From contig OZ024740.1 of assembly GCA_964016885.1 (NCBI GenBank), positions 224,502,001 to 224,566,000 of the forward strand: a stretch of DNA of 64,000 bases, read 5' to 3'. Below, piece after piece: positions 42,591 through 57,243 of the stretch (positions are counted from its first letter, which is position 1; each line of letters opens with the position of its first letter). Under the pieces are notes generated by a model that was given only the letters and a program-made list of their open reading frames with translations, had not been told where the DNA came from and ran no database searches. This stretch comes from Eledone cirrhosa (Eukaryota). Made by a program: the position numbers and the translations under genes.

Positions 42591-45541
42591 TGATCGGCGT
42601 AAAGATGAAGGCGTGGGAAACACTACACTCTTGACGGGCCTCAACCAAAGCCGAAAGAGCGTTGGGTTTCAGATGTGAATTGGAACTTGGAACGTGCATT
42701 CACTATACCAGGCAGGAAAGCTGGCTCAGCTACTTCGCGAGTTCGAACACTACCAGCTGGACATTCTGGGCGTGAGTGAAATGCGCTGGACCAGCAGCGG
42801 AAAGATGAGTGGTAGCGGAGAAACAACTCTGCTCTACTCCGGACACCAAGACAAGTACGTTAATGGCATTGAATTTGTGCTTAGCGCCCGAGCAAATCGA
42901 GCATTGATCGGATGGGAGCCAGTCAGCGAGTGTATCATAACTTCCCGTTTTCAAAGTGGGCATGCGAAAATCACTGTTGTTCAGGGCTACGCACCAATTG
43001 ATGACGCAACCGACATCGACAAGTATGCCTTCTACGAACAGCTGCAGGACACATTTAATAACTTGCCCAGCTATGCCATCAAACTACTGATCGGCTGCAA
43101 CAGACAGGGACTGGAACAGGTCACTGGGCAATTCGGTTCTGCTGCGGTCACCATGGACAACGGTGAGAGACTGCAGCTGTTTTGTGCCATCAACAGCTTG
43201 TGCATTAGCAACACCTATGTCAAACACAAGGCGATTCATAAGGCTACTTGGCAGTCTCCAGACTAGAAAAGCCGAAGCAAGATCGACTACATCTGCATCA
43301 ACCAGCGTTGGCGGTCCTCGGTACGTGACGTCAGAGTGTACCGAGGTGCGGATGGGGTCTCAGACCACCACCTACTGTGTGCTACGCCTGAAGAAACGGA
43401 TATGGCAGGAAAGACCAAAGCCATATGCAGTGAGGAAGCTGAAGTATCCCGATCAAGTGCGACTGTACCAACTGGCGCTACACAACCGATTCCAGCAGTT
43501 GAGTGAGGCTGCAGATCTGGAAGATCAATGAACGATGTTCACGACAGCGGTGACTGAGCCAGCACAAGAAACTATTGGCCGAAGACCAGGAACAAGGAGG
43601 GAAAAATGGATCCAAGAACCAACGTGGGACCTGTTTGACAGACAAAAAAAGGCAAAAGTCGAGCGAGATTGGGCCAGATCGGAGGAAGACCAAAAGAAAA
43701 GAGATGCCGTATACCGCTAAATCAACCGACTGGCAAAGCGATGCTGCCGGCGGGACAAATGTGACTGGCTGGAGAAAAAGGGTGCTAAGGCAGAGGAAGC
43801 TGCTGGTCGAAACGACACAAAAGTACTGTTCCACATCGTGAGGGAGTTGACAGGAATGTCAAACGGTGCCAACATGCCAGTGAAGGACACAAATGGCAAG
43901 ACATGGAGCACTTCCGGGAGATGCTGAACCAACCAAATCCGGTCGCCCTGATAGACTTGACCGCAGAGATTCCAGCAACTACTGAGGTAGTCAAAGTCTG
44001 CGAGGACCAAATCACCAAGCAAGAGACGCGAGATGCGATTAGCCACTTGAAGAATGGCAAAGCAGGTGGACTGGATGAGATCTCTGCTGAGCTGCTCAAA
44101 TTCGGTGAGGAGAGCACGAACACGGCATTGACTGACTTTATGAACCACTGCTGGAGGGTTGGTCGGGTTCCCCTTGAGTGGCAGCGTGGTGTCATCGTCA
44201 AACTGCCGAAGAAGGGAAACCTGGCAGACTGCAACAACTGGTGTGGTATCAAATTGCTGACAGTCGCAGGCAAGACATTCTGCACTGTGCTGCTGCGTCG
44301 ACTCCGGTAGGTTGTCGACTCTGTACTCCGGGAGGAACAAGCCAGCTTCCGAAAATATCGATCTGCACGGAACTGATCTTTACACTACGCAACATTCTCG
44401 AACAATGCGTTGAGCTACAACAGCCTTAGGTGGTCAATTTTATTGATTTCCAGAAGGCATTCGACAGTGTACACCGGGAGTCGCAGTGGAATGTTGTGCA
44501 ATTGTACGGCATTACTGCAAGATTCATCGCCATTTTCAAGGCTTTGTATGAAAACTCCAGCTGCTGCGTGCGTTCTGAGTCCGGTGTGACGGAGTTCTTT
44601 GACATTGTCTCCGGAGTCAGACAGGGTTGCATTCTTTCTCCACTGTTGTTCCTGCTGGCAGCCGATTTTGTACTAAGGCGAATGGATGAAGGACCCGGTC
44701 GAGGAATCCCTTGGAGAGAGTGGTTGAGGCTGAGGGACCTCGCATTTCTCCGACGACATCACTTTGATCACTGAAAACAGTGCAGATCTGCAGGCCCTAA
44801 CAACATCCCTACAAGAGAGTGCGGAAAAGATCGGCCTGAGAATCAACACCAAAAAGACCAATCATGAGAACGAACAGCAACACAAGTCCAGTGATCAGAG
44901 TCAATCAACAGGACCTCGAGGAAGTCGATCACTTCATCTATCTGGGCAGCATCCTGACAAGCAGCGGCGATGCGGAGCTCGACATCAACTGTCGGATCGG
45001 CAAAGGTGCCGCAGTTTTCCAGCAGCTGTGCCCAGTCTGGTCGTCTTCATGCATTAGCACCAAGACCAAGCTCCGCCTGTACAAGAGCATCGTGGTGCCG
45101 ACAATGCTTTATGCGAGCGAAACCTGAAAGAGTACGGCAAAAATAGAGAGACGGCTGAACGCTTTCCGCCAGCGGTGCCTGCGAAAGATCCTTCGTGTGT
45201 CCTGGCGTGACCGAGTGCGAAACGAGGAGATCCTGCGGAGAGCCGAGTCATGGACGCTACAGGGAGTGGTCACGGAGCGTTGGTGCCGTCTGGCTGGCCA
45301 TATTCTGCGTCTGCCAAATGAACAGCATTCGAAAACAGCGATGAACTGGACTCCGCCTGGCGGTAAATGGAGGTGAGGTTGCCCAAGGATCACCTGGTGA
45401 TGAATGTTCCGGAAGGACCTGATGGCAGCCAACATCACCTGGCACGGGCTTGAAAAATTTGCCGCTGATCGTGACCTTTGGCGAGAACTTACTGCTCGAT
45501 GCGTCGAATGGCGCGGAAGAATCTAAGACTAAGACTAAGAT
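42591..45541 (+). mobile_element. Near full-length RTE (BovB-like) LINE, disabled by stops and frameshifts; 15-bp TSD
   Basis: APE: WNV..L, DILGVSEMRW, YAP, IDYI, SDH. RT: KAGGLD, KKG...CNNW.GI, FIDFQKAFDSV, GVRQGCILSPLLF, YLGS, LYASET. Tail (CTAAGA)3. TSD tatatgt(g/a)tacatat at 42560-42574 and 45542-45556. Confidence 0.95.
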
Positions 45542-45818
45542 TATATGTATACATATGGAAATATATACTCATGCTATTTGTAAAATGATATCAGACACCC
45601 TTTCAGTAGTACAGATGTTTTTTAAACCAGGGTTAACAATAGGTAGACAGTGGCTCTCATGTGGGCTACTGAAATATTTTCTGTAAGAAGTGTTTTTTTT
45701 TTTCAAATTTTTTTTCAAATTTTTTTCAAATTTTTATATAGAAAATACATGAATAATACGTAAAAATAAGCAAAATCATGTGGAACATTACAAAAAAACT
45801 TGGTGACCTCTGATTTAA

Positions 45819-46036
45819 CCCTTTACCATTTACATTACAGTCTATATACTATTATGTTTTCATGGTAAATGGTTATCCCTACATAATTATCTTACATAAT
45901 ATCAAATCTTCGAGATTTTGATATTATTTATTTTGAGTACAATACCTTAACATCACTATAAGTAGTTAGTTACGGCTGTTTTGAACTGAAAGAGTTGAGA
46001 GAATTCTGGCCGGACACATCTGGTAATACTAAAGGG
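45819..46036. mobile_element. piggyBac-type MITE
   Basis: TTAA|ccctttaccatt ... aatactaaaggg|TTAA; a second partial copy is at 16905. Confidence 0.85.
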
Positions 46037-46483
46037 TTAAACTAACAAGATTAGCTGATAAAAAATGTACCTACACATATATATATGTATTTAGTTTATG
46101 ATAAAAGAATAGTTAATGTAGGGATAACATGATATTTTTGATTACGTAAATTACATTGACCCAAAATTATTTCTAACACTTTTTTTATATGTAAAGTTCT
46201 TTCATAACTAACTATGCAAGTGGCTTCTGTGCTGATGAAACCTAACAGACCAACGCATATCCATAGTTGTCCTTTGCTCGCAAACAATTATATAATCTTT
46301 CTTTCCATAAACATATGAACTAAGTTTGAAAGATTAATTGCTTAAAATCAAATCCCCTTTTATTGGGAGTCACTAACAAGTACCACTAGGTTCTTGTTTT
46401 TCTTTTCTTCCAAAAAGAAGGAAATTTCAAATCACTAAAGATTCTGAAATTATGTATTTCTAAATATACACACACTCTCTTCT

Positions 46484-46625
<142 letters not shown>

Positions 46626-47079
46626 ATATAGAGAGAGAAGGGGTGAGAGTAACTTTGGTATGAAGACTGGAAAATTTAGAAATCAGTAACAGATATATAT
46701 GAAGCATGACATAAACATAACAAACAGTAAATCTGTTGTACATACATGGTTAGCATTTTCTATATAAGTGCTGCACACATTAGTGTGAACAGTCCTTAAT
46801 TGTTCTCTAATAATCACACTACAAATACTATATTATAGGTGCAGAAAACAGACATTAAGTTACTGCCACCACAGAAAATTCTCACCTTCCTATCAGAAGC
46901 AGAACTTCAGGCTAGCATTCATCAATACTTCCAGAATGATAACCAGCTGTGCAATTATTGCATAGCTACCAGATCAGATGTGTGATTTGTACAATATTTT
47001 AGAACAAAGTGAGCCTCAGCCAAATATGTCATGGTTAAAAACACAAGCAAAAAATATTCTGGATGTGTAACAACTCTAG

Positions 47080-47450
47080 AGTGGTTACAGTTAGTATTTT
47101 ATTGACAGGGAAATGTAGGAAGTAATTGCAGCAGTTAAAGTGCATGACAGAAAAATTAAGAATATATTATTCACAGGCAACCCAACAACAACAGTGAGTT
47201 ATGCATATGCACCACAAACAGAGCTACCTAATGAACAAAAGGAACGTTTCTATGAAATATTCACATTGGAACAGAAGGTTAGAAAGTCTACATACATGCT
47301 AGATAGCAACTTCATTATCACAACTGCTGATTTTAATGGATTTATTAACAAATGTCATGACAGATACTTCAATGAAGATGGAGCCTACACATACAGTATA
47401 ACAAATGAAGAGACATTAAGGCTCTCTGAGTTCTAAGATGCAAATGATCT
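47080..47450 (+). pseudogene. Old LINE APE-endonuclease fragment
   Basis: YAYAPQTEL..EQKERFY, ADFNG, NEE..RL.EF. Confidence 0.65.
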
Positions 47451-49260
47451 CAGCCAGGATCCATGATGGTATACAAGTTAAGGAAAGTAAACTGCAATGG
47501 CACTGGTATTAGAGAATAAAGGAAAACGTCTTGTGGTATTTGTTCCAGTTCTCTGTGCTCTAAATTCTAATTCAACCTAGGTCAACTTTTCCATTCATGC
47601 TTTCAGGGTTGTTAAAATAAAATACCAGTTCATTATGGTGAACCAGTGGAATTGTTAGCATGTCAGATGAGATGCATTGTGCTATTTGTTGCAACGCTTT
47701 GAGTTCTAAATTCATATATTGCTGAGACCAGCAGAGGTGATAAACATTTGTTACCTGGTTTAACACCACCACATGATCCTTGGATGCCTGTAGCAAAAAT
47801 CTACACTGTTGCAAACCTTCAAACCTGGTTTCCAGTTTGAGGATAAATTTCCCTTTTTTCACCAATCTTTTAGAAGTTCTGATATGGCCATGAAATTGCC
47901 CTCGTTTTGCTAATTAAACAGAAAACTGAAGGCAATAAGGAGGTTTCTGAATAGTTGTTTGAGCTGCTTTAAATGGCAATCATAACTTATGTAATTCACA
48001 TCCAACCACATTAAAAAATCAAGAACACATTAGAAAATATAACCATAAATATACTAGATGGGACATGACTCCAGCACCTTTTATTATATGCCTACACAAT
48101 CAAGGCTGGCTTAAGTCTAAACAACAACAACAGTGACAACAAATATATAACATAAATTACAGTTTTGAAGCCTTATCATTTACTGCACATTCAGCATTGT
48201 TCATGCATTATCCACTTCACATGAACATATATAGATGTTTACAGTGAAGCATTACTCATTGCAAATAGATTTTCTGTTTGGATTGTTTTAGTCTATACAT
48301 GGAATTCATAATAATACTGTAGAGGTTTTTCTGGAGAAAGAATTGATAATTATATTACATTTAGTTAAATATATGGAAGTTCTCTTAGTTGGCTATTCAA
48401 AGTTAGTTGGACCTTATTTCTTTAAATGTTATATATATTTTACATTTTACATTTGGTTAAATGTTTCCTATTATCAGAAATTGTGTTTTCTTAATATTGT
48501 TTATATGGCAACATTTTTTGTATTTAAAAAAAAAAATGCTAATGAATTCATGTGACTATATTACCTAAACTCTGCTGAAGAACTGTCTACCTTCTGGCAT
48601 ATTTGTTTTATTTTTTTATATCATATGTAGTAGTTTTACTTAGAGCTATCAAATGAGAATCATTTCTTAAAAACATAAAAGTTGGTAATGGATCATTAGA
48701 ATGCATTGATAAAAGAAAATCTAATTCAAAATGAGGCAATATAAAACAACAATCGTATCTTCTAATTAACAGATTTTTTTCTCCTTATTTTACGTACATT
48801 TTAAGATTTTCATGATACAGCAAAAATAGAAAACATAAATTACTTTGTAGCTCATTAAGATGAATTTAAATCCATCTCCAACCTACAAACGACACACCTA
48901 TACTATACGTGAATGATACTATCAGTAATTGATTTCAGTGAATCTGGTGTGTTGAAATATGAGACGTCTTTGAAATAAACTTATTGTTCAAAATCAAATT
49001 GCATTTGATTTGATGGCAAGAAACAGATTTCTAAAAGAAATTTCTTTTGTATGAGATAATGAAGAGATGCTCTGATGTTGCAAGGAAGAAAATGATGATG
49101 AGCTGTAGGTGAAATAAGATGTAGTTACAATAAGAGAAAGTGTTAAAATATTCAGTTATTTTCAGTTCAAAACTTTCTTACCACTGCAATATATATATAA
49201 TGAAGCAATTCATACGGCAAAATATGTCTGCTTAATATGCACACATGCACACACACACAC

Positions 49261-49295
<35 letters not shown>

Positions 49296-49412
49296 ATATA
49301 TATATACATATATACATACACACAACATGTATTATATAATGTATATATATATATATATACGCATAAACACATATATATCATATAATGTATATATGTATAT
49401 ATATATATAAGA

Positions 49413-49454
<42 letters not shown>

Positions 49455-49966
49455 AGATCGCATACATTCTTTTCAACGTTGCATACTTAATATTCTTCTA
49501 TTACACTCAGTTTCATCTCATGATGAAACTGGGTGTATACAACCTGTAGGTATAAGATGAAAATCTTAATTATCACATGGATACACATTAGCTGGAAATA
49601 TATAGGTATATAGGTATATACATTCAGAATGCTTGATTATAGTATACTGTTTAATTTACAATATATCTATTTATTTCGTATTTCTGAACTGATGTACCTT
49701 CAACATCATCACTGTTTAACATCTAGAGACTCAATAACCTGGCTTTTGGGTGGTCTACACACAGCCAAACATATATCTAGCAAGTTAGGTGTTACCTGAC
49801 AAAATCCCCTTACTTACAAGCTCAACTCAATCATCCTGATACACCCAGAAAAAGCTGATGTCATTTATATGTTTATCTCCCTTACGTCTTACGTCTTTGT
49901 ACTCTTTGCTTTGTTTCCTTGTTTCTGTGTAATTCCTTTCATATGCATATATATATATATATATAT

Positions 49967-50568
49967 AAAATTAGAATTGGTGCTCTGAAATAGCGATATA
50001 TATATGAATGTATATATAGTGTATTTTGCAATACACTGTATGCTTAATTAAAAGCATTTCGAAGACCTTACGCTATTGTTTTAGAGTAGTGACAGTCTCA
50101 CTTACTTTAAATTTTCAGCAGACAGGGGAGATAAAGCTGACAGAGCTCTGTTACGTACTGATTGGTACTTATCAAAGCCAAGTACTGCACCTGTTTGCTG
50201 AAAATCATGAATGTTTGATTCTTATAGAATTCTAGTAATAATCAGGAACTGATTATACAGAGCGATTGCCGGTCAAGCAGAAATTGAAAATTAGAATTGG
50301 TGCTCTGAAATAGCGATATATATATGAATGTATATATAGTGTATTTTGCAATACACTGTATCCGTAATTAAAAGCATTTCGAAGACCTTACGCTATTGGT
50401 TTCGAGTAGTGACTTTAAATGTTCAGCAGAGCTCTGTCAGCTTTATATCCCCTGTTTGCTGAAAATTTAAAGTAAGTGAGACTGTCACTACTCTAAAACA
50501 ATAGCGTAAGGTCTTCGAAATGCTTTTAATTAAGCATACAGTGTATCGCAAAATACACTATATATACA

Positions 50569-50575
<7 letters not shown>
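49967..50575. mobile_element. (TA)n-flanked insert: 320-bp unit + 127-bp partial tandem copy + inverted copy
   Basis: 49967-50093 recurs at 50287-50413; 50427-50575 is the reverse complement of ~50000-50150, starting at the palindrome cagagctctg. Confidence 0.9.
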
Positions 50576-50621
<46 letters not shown>

Positions 50622-53533
50622 TTGTCATTACCATAACAGAAGTCCAACGAGTTTTTGATTCTAGAGTCAGGCCAGATAGATACAGATCGAACCCTGAGCT
50701 GATCAAATGCAAAATGCGGATCACTTTTCAATAAACGTAATGAAGACCTAAAAAATCATTCTTTTTATTATTAATATATATATATAAATCAAGTGGTAGT
50801 AGGAAGAAACGTAAAAATAGAGGTAAAAATGTTTAAAAAGAAAACCAGAAATGGAGTTACCTTGGAAGAGATTTATTGGTTTCTACATTTCACATCCTCG
50901 ATGAGGAGGTAAGTGGTGGTTCCAAAGGGAAATAGGTATGTCAGGGAAGGGAACAATGTTTGGCTGTCTTTATCTGCCATCTGCGTACAATTGTACCAGA
51001 AGTGTTGATTGATAGGAAGTTTTATTTTATATGGTAGAAGCTTCAACGTTTTTAGACTATGAAAAATATCACTGTAGTTTTTTTATCTGCTCTTTCTCAC
51101 ATCATTCCTTGTAGTTAAAACATTATAACTACTGAGGCACTGGTTTATGAAACCCATCTACATCGAAATTGTAATCACCACTCAGAGACAGCCAATAAGA
51201 CAAATGAGTGTTTTACCTGTGGTTAGCTTCCATTTTTAGCATGTTATTCATTCAAAACATGAATTTAAGAACTAATAGGTTAAAACTTCAAAGTGTAAGA
51301 TAAAAAAGCAATGACTTCTCCATTGGTTTCAACAACGAGCATTCAGTTATTCAATCCACTGAATTTCTGTGCCCCTCCATGACATGGGAATAATAGCAGC
51401 CTGTCTTGGGAAGGAGCATCACTGAGTCGTGTAGCTGTTGTAGTGGGTGTTGCTGGCTATTTTCCATGGAAATGCTTTTGCAATTTTGTCTGCAGGACAC
51501 AGCCGAGAACACTGCTCTGACCTTGGTGTAATGTCTGTCATCCTCTTCCCTTTCCCTTTTCTTTCCTTGCCTAATAGTCCTTGCTGTTTCCCTCCTTTTC
51601 CTCTCATTTATAGCATTTATAGTTCTTTCCATTACTGCTTTATTTTTCTGTACATTGTATTGAACAACATCCCATATCTGTCAAAGGAATGCCTGTATTT
51701 GACGTCAGAATGTTCAATAAAAAATATATCAAGGATTCATAAAATCAATTCGGAAGACGATGAATATTCCATACATATGTATGAATACATACATTTGGTG
51801 CCCCAGCATGGCCACAGCTGGACGGCTGGAACAGGTAGAAGAAAAAGTAAAAGAATACTTTTAATATAATTCTTAGGTCATATCAGTGTAACATAATGTG
51901 TCAAGGCTGAACCTTTGACATAAGTTATAAGCAAAAAAAAGTAAAATAGTAGAGAATGTCCAATAAACACATGAAAGACAAGTTTAGCAAAATTTGAAGT
52001 CGAAGTACAGAGAGCCAGAACATATATCGCCAAGCATTCCATATAATTCACTATGGATTGTGTAAATTCACTGCCTAGCTACTAAAGTAGCCATTCATCA
52101 TTTGGTCCAGTAAGGTTGTCTTCGAAAATGCAATATAATTGTATAGACACAGTTCTTAACTTAAAATGGTTTGTATTTAAAATCTTGGATTCTGCTACAT
52201 TAAGAAGTTTATTATATTACATTGTTACAATTTATTGTTCATGGAATCATCCCTCAGGACGTTAATTCAATGTCTTCACCATTAGAAGAAGTTCAAGCAA
52301 AAAATGGTGTGCCATTAAATAAAATGAACTGGCAAATATTACACAGCTGCATCCGACTATTCCAAATTAATATCTATTCACTTTTTTGAGGAGATGGGGC
52401 TAGCGGTGGGTGGTAGAAAATGGAATTCACGAAAAAAGAAATGAGAGTAAAAGTGTCAAAACCATCAGTAATTTTAATCTTTTCACTTTTCCTTCTTGCC
52501 ACATACATTTTCAACAGATTCCAATGAAAAACGAAAACATAATAAGAAAATATAATGGATTTTTTTTTCCTTTGTATTGTTTGAAACGGTGGTTATTATT
52601 GTGTGTGTATGTGTGTGTATATGTGTATATATTTATGTGTGTATGAGTATATGTGGGTGTGCATGTTTGTATGTGTGTATGTGTAGGTCGTTTATGATAG
52701 TCGTTATTTTCATTAGTTAATTTCTTTAAAATGCACAATAGAATTTTTTACATTTTACAATAAACATAAAAGATATTGAATTGAAACTGTAAACTACATT
52801 GAGATCTTTTAAGATTGATAACAAAGATTGAAGCTATTTTCACGAAGTATTATAAAGAATGTATTGATTATTAGATGCCAATTTGAAAGCCTGAAGGACA
52901 TTTTCATTAACTTAATAAGGTTTCCTTTAAAGTATTCCATCAATGGATAAACTGATGATGTGTTTGCTGTATTAGAGTCAAAGCATCGAACATGTGAAAC
53001 CCAATTTTGCTGCATGCCTACTGGAATTCTATGCAAGACAAAATGCCCCACGGTTTCTAACTGACAAATAACTTGTCTGCGATATGTTCATATAATCATT
53101 TTTCAGTGAATCATTACATTATATAGCTCAGAGGCATTGGTACTTCCATTTTAACCCCACCCAATTAAGGTAGCAATATTTTCAAGAATTCGTTTGTTGT
53201 TCCAATTTCTAATCACCTTATGCAATATATACTGATGTCTCATCACTCTAATAAATCCAAATTATTTAGAAATATTTTTTTTCAAAATAGAATTGAGATA
53301 TTTGAAAGAAAATAAAGTCACAGCTAATTGAATGTGGCATTGTATTAATGAGCATTGGGATCATGTAAATACAGTTATGTAATTCATTAGAAATTTGTTT
53401 TATATTTTTGTGTATATATATATATATGTATTATATATATATGTATTACATAATTAATGTATGTATTACATAATTAATGTATGTTCATACACGAATCAAA
53501 ACCGCTACCCGATGTTTCAAGGCAAAAGTTTAT

Positions 53534-53643
<110 letters not shown>

Positions 53644-53804
53644 CATCTTTCAGGAATTTCAACTATAATGTTTTGTTTTTCTGCTGCAGCCTATGTTTGT
53701 AACACTTTAACTATAAAAACATTCAAAAGCATAATCTATCATAAATATAACACGTAGATTATCTATATTATTTGTAAGACATTGATGAACAAATATATAC
53801 AATT

Positions 53805-54545
53805 ACATCATCGTCATCATGATCATCATCCTTGTTTAACATGTATTTTCCAAGATAGAAATGGTTGAACACGTTATCATAGACTTGTCAGTAGTCAAGC
53901 AGGGCCATTTGTCTCCAGGCATGCCAGGTGTTCAACATACTATTCCCGGCCTTTACCAAATATATTTTATCATGGGACCAACTCAAGAGAGGTTGCCATG
54001 TCTATGACACAACTGAAGAGGCCACCTGATCCTTTATTTGGCATGTTTTCTACAATTGGGTATCCTTCCTATCAACAACCTATTTACAGCGTTGGTGGGT
54101 TTATAATATCTATCACCAACACTAGGGAGTTTGTCATGTGAAACGCCAAAATGAAGAGTCCTTTGATTAGCATGTTTTCCAGGGCTTGATATCCTTCCTA
54201 TCACCAAATACTTTACAGCTTGTACTAGGTCAGATACCATGCCAATCACCAACACTAGGGAGTTTGTCATGTGAATGACCCAAATGAAGAGTGTTTGTTT
54301 GGCATGTTTTCTATGATTAGTTTCCCTTCCTATCACTAATCTCTTTACAGCATGTACTGTGTGCACTTATTTTGTAAATTACCAATACTAAGGAAGTTGT
54401 GAGGTGACTGACACAACTAAAGGGTCTTCTTGGCCCTTTTGGCATGGTCTCCATGCTAGATTCCTCTTCTTATTGCCAGCCACCTTCCAGGGTCACTGGT
54501 ACTAGAGAGATTGTTGTTCATTGATTCAACTGAAGAGCCCACTCC
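53805..54545 (-). repeat. RTE-3'UTR-derived repeat with ~130-bp internal tandem units (relatives at 15915-16320 and 24495-24875)
   Basis: Recurring ttggcatgttttct...ccttcctatcacc...tttacagc...caccaacactagggagtttgtcatgtg; (CAT)n tail at the left. Confidence 0.65.
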
Positions 54546-57068
54546 ACCTTTATGTATGCTGTGTGTCAAGGGTCGAGATGAGCATGGGGAACAGGAGGGG
54601 AAAACCTCTAGCAGTGTGAGAAGGTACTGGGACAATAGTTAATATGGCTATGAATGTTGTGTTAAAGTTATGGAGGGGGGGGGGGGGCTTAAATTAGAGT
54701 GGACTGATGAGGGGTGACCCTGGACAGAGGAAGTTTATTAGGATTTTAGAAGGAATGAGTATGATCTTGGATATAGCATGCATGGTGATGTGTAGTGATG
54801 CTAAGAATAGCTATTATGAACATACAGATTTGTTGGGTGAGGAAGTTTGTGTAATCCTGGGAAGAGTAGAGATGGAGATATACAATATAGCTTACTACAC
54901 AAACAGTTGTTTGTAGGGAGGTTATAGATTACTTTGAAACCATTGTGCTTCTGTTTCAATCCCACTGCCTAGCAATATGGTCAAGTTGTAAGTGCATCAA
55001 GCAATAAAATCGATACTAGATATTGAATGTATGTTCACATCCACTGGCTCATCTTATCTTAAACTATAATAATAACTTTAGAAAATTAGGCAAAATGCCA
55101 TTAGAGATGGAAAAATTGACCAGCAGTTGCTATGGAGAATCGAACGTCATATCTCTTGAATTCCACCTATTATTATTTTCAGCAATTGACTGTTGTTATA
55201 GTAATGTTCTGCTTTTGGATTTCTATATTTCAAATCCTCCAAGCACCTCAATCAATCACATGATTATTTTCTTCCAATTCTAGCCACAATTTGTTAAATA
55301 TAGGTTCTTAAACTGGATAGAGCCTTGTCAGCCAACCCTTGGTATAGTGGTTGATGTACTTGAATAGAATTCAATTGTCTGTATCAGTTAAATGTGATTC
55401 TCAGTAGCAGCAGCTGACTACTTTCTTCCGTCTCTAAGGGTATTTTACCTGATTTTCTAAACCTATTATTATTTATACCCATCGACTTTTGGTACAGAAG
55501 TTTTCTTCCTTTGGATTCCAACATTTCAAATTTCACATCATCCAAGTGGCATGATCAATCCCGATTTATATATATATATATGGGGGGGGGGGGGTATTTT
55601 GTAATTTGATTGTATGAAAACACACACACAAACACATGTGTGTGTGTTGTACTATGATTTGTTTGAATAATTTTAGAATATGTAGAATACTGTGTTACAG
55701 AACAGATCCACAATGCAGGTTAAATATTGAATATCAATAATTATAACACCAAAAATATTCAAATGTTACTTCAGAAATGTTGCATAAAATGCCCCTTTTC
55801 AAAGGTGTAAAGAGAACATGAGAGAGAGAGAGAAATAATTGTTGCATATATTTTATTTTGGGGAGGAATGCATGAGATGCCTCTGCAATCACTACCCTAG
55901 GATGATCTCAGCCTCATTGAGCAAGAGCAAGATGAAGAAGATACAAAAAAGACTTCAGTATCTGGTGACAATTGGATGCTATCACATGAGTTTTATAGGC
56001 CATCTATATGAAAGAGGGTTAATGAGAGGAGGTGGGCAAGTGGTATGATGTGATACAGAGCATCTATAAGAAGTTTAGAAATGAAGAAAGAGTGAGGGGA
56101 GATGAATCATTAATCTATCTATAATAATCTCTGTACCTCATTCAATTCTAACTAGTTCTTAATAGAGGTCTTTATGACAAGAATAGTTTCTTTACATGCA
56201 AATTAACAGTATTACTATCCACAAGAGAAAACTGTGTTATGGACATGTGATGCACATGGACAATGACTGATGGGTGAAGAAATGCCAGGATATCCCAGTG
56301 GAAGGACGATGATTGTGAGAGCAATTCTCAAATCTCTAAGACAGGCAGAGGAGATGATAAAGGAAAGTGACATGTGGAGAGATGCCATGTTGAGAAGGAT
56401 CCGTTCAACCCATGCAAACATACAAAAACGGATGTAAAAACGATGAGGGTGATGATAATGTTTAAATGTATATTGACATAGTTAATTAATTGGGAATGTC
56501 ATTTATACTTTGTTTTCCAACTTATATTTAAATATTTCTTTACTTTCTAATTTTTTGGCTTGTCAAGGATAATAAAACAACATAATAAAATGCAATATAC
56601 GAATATAAAAAATCAAAAAAAATCACTATGGAATGTTCTATGATAAGGAGAAAATAAAACTTTTCCGTGCTGAAATAATGAATATATTAGGTTTGTCAGG
56701 AAAGGTTAGGAATTTTATTGAGTATATTCTTGATGATATATTTAATTTATGCTTGCTTCAGTGGGTAGAGTGTTAATACTTCATATTTGACTTTTTTCCT
56801 CTACTGTGGAGTCTTAATTGTATTTCAACTTCCTCTCCTATGTTTTCTTTTCGGGAACTTTAATATCTGTTTGTTGGTGTTTTATTTTATTTTATTTTTC
56901 CCCAATATCTTCCTTAATTCTTCCTTATGTTCTTTATTGTTATTGTGGTTGTTGTTGTTTGAGTTCTTATATATTCATTTATGGGTTTTGTTACCATGCT
57001 CTGAAAAACGTTTCCCATAAATAAACAAAAATTAATGAGTGCCTATTATAGAGAAAAAATAGAGAAAG

Positions 57069-57112
<44 letters not shown>

Positions 57113-57144
57113 GTATATATATATATATATATGTGTGTGTGTGC

Positions 57145-57188
<44 letters not shown>

Positions 57189-57212
57189 GTGTATATATAT
57201 ATATATGTACAT

Positions 57213-57243
<31 letters not shown>

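Noticed and set aside
48843-51055. Two minus-strand segments (48843-49102, 50862-51055) bounded by AG/GT splice-like signals
   Set aside because: Stops occur in the frames examined and no protein is recognisable; non-coding exons cannot be excluded without RNA data.
52944-53035. CTGATGA...GAAA hammerhead candidate
   Set aside because: A stem II is possible, but there is no convincing stem I/III or NUH site, and it is not TA-flanked.
54030-54545. CRISPR-like array
   Set aside because: The whole units are diverged tandem copies with no unique spacers, in a eukaryotic retroposon context.
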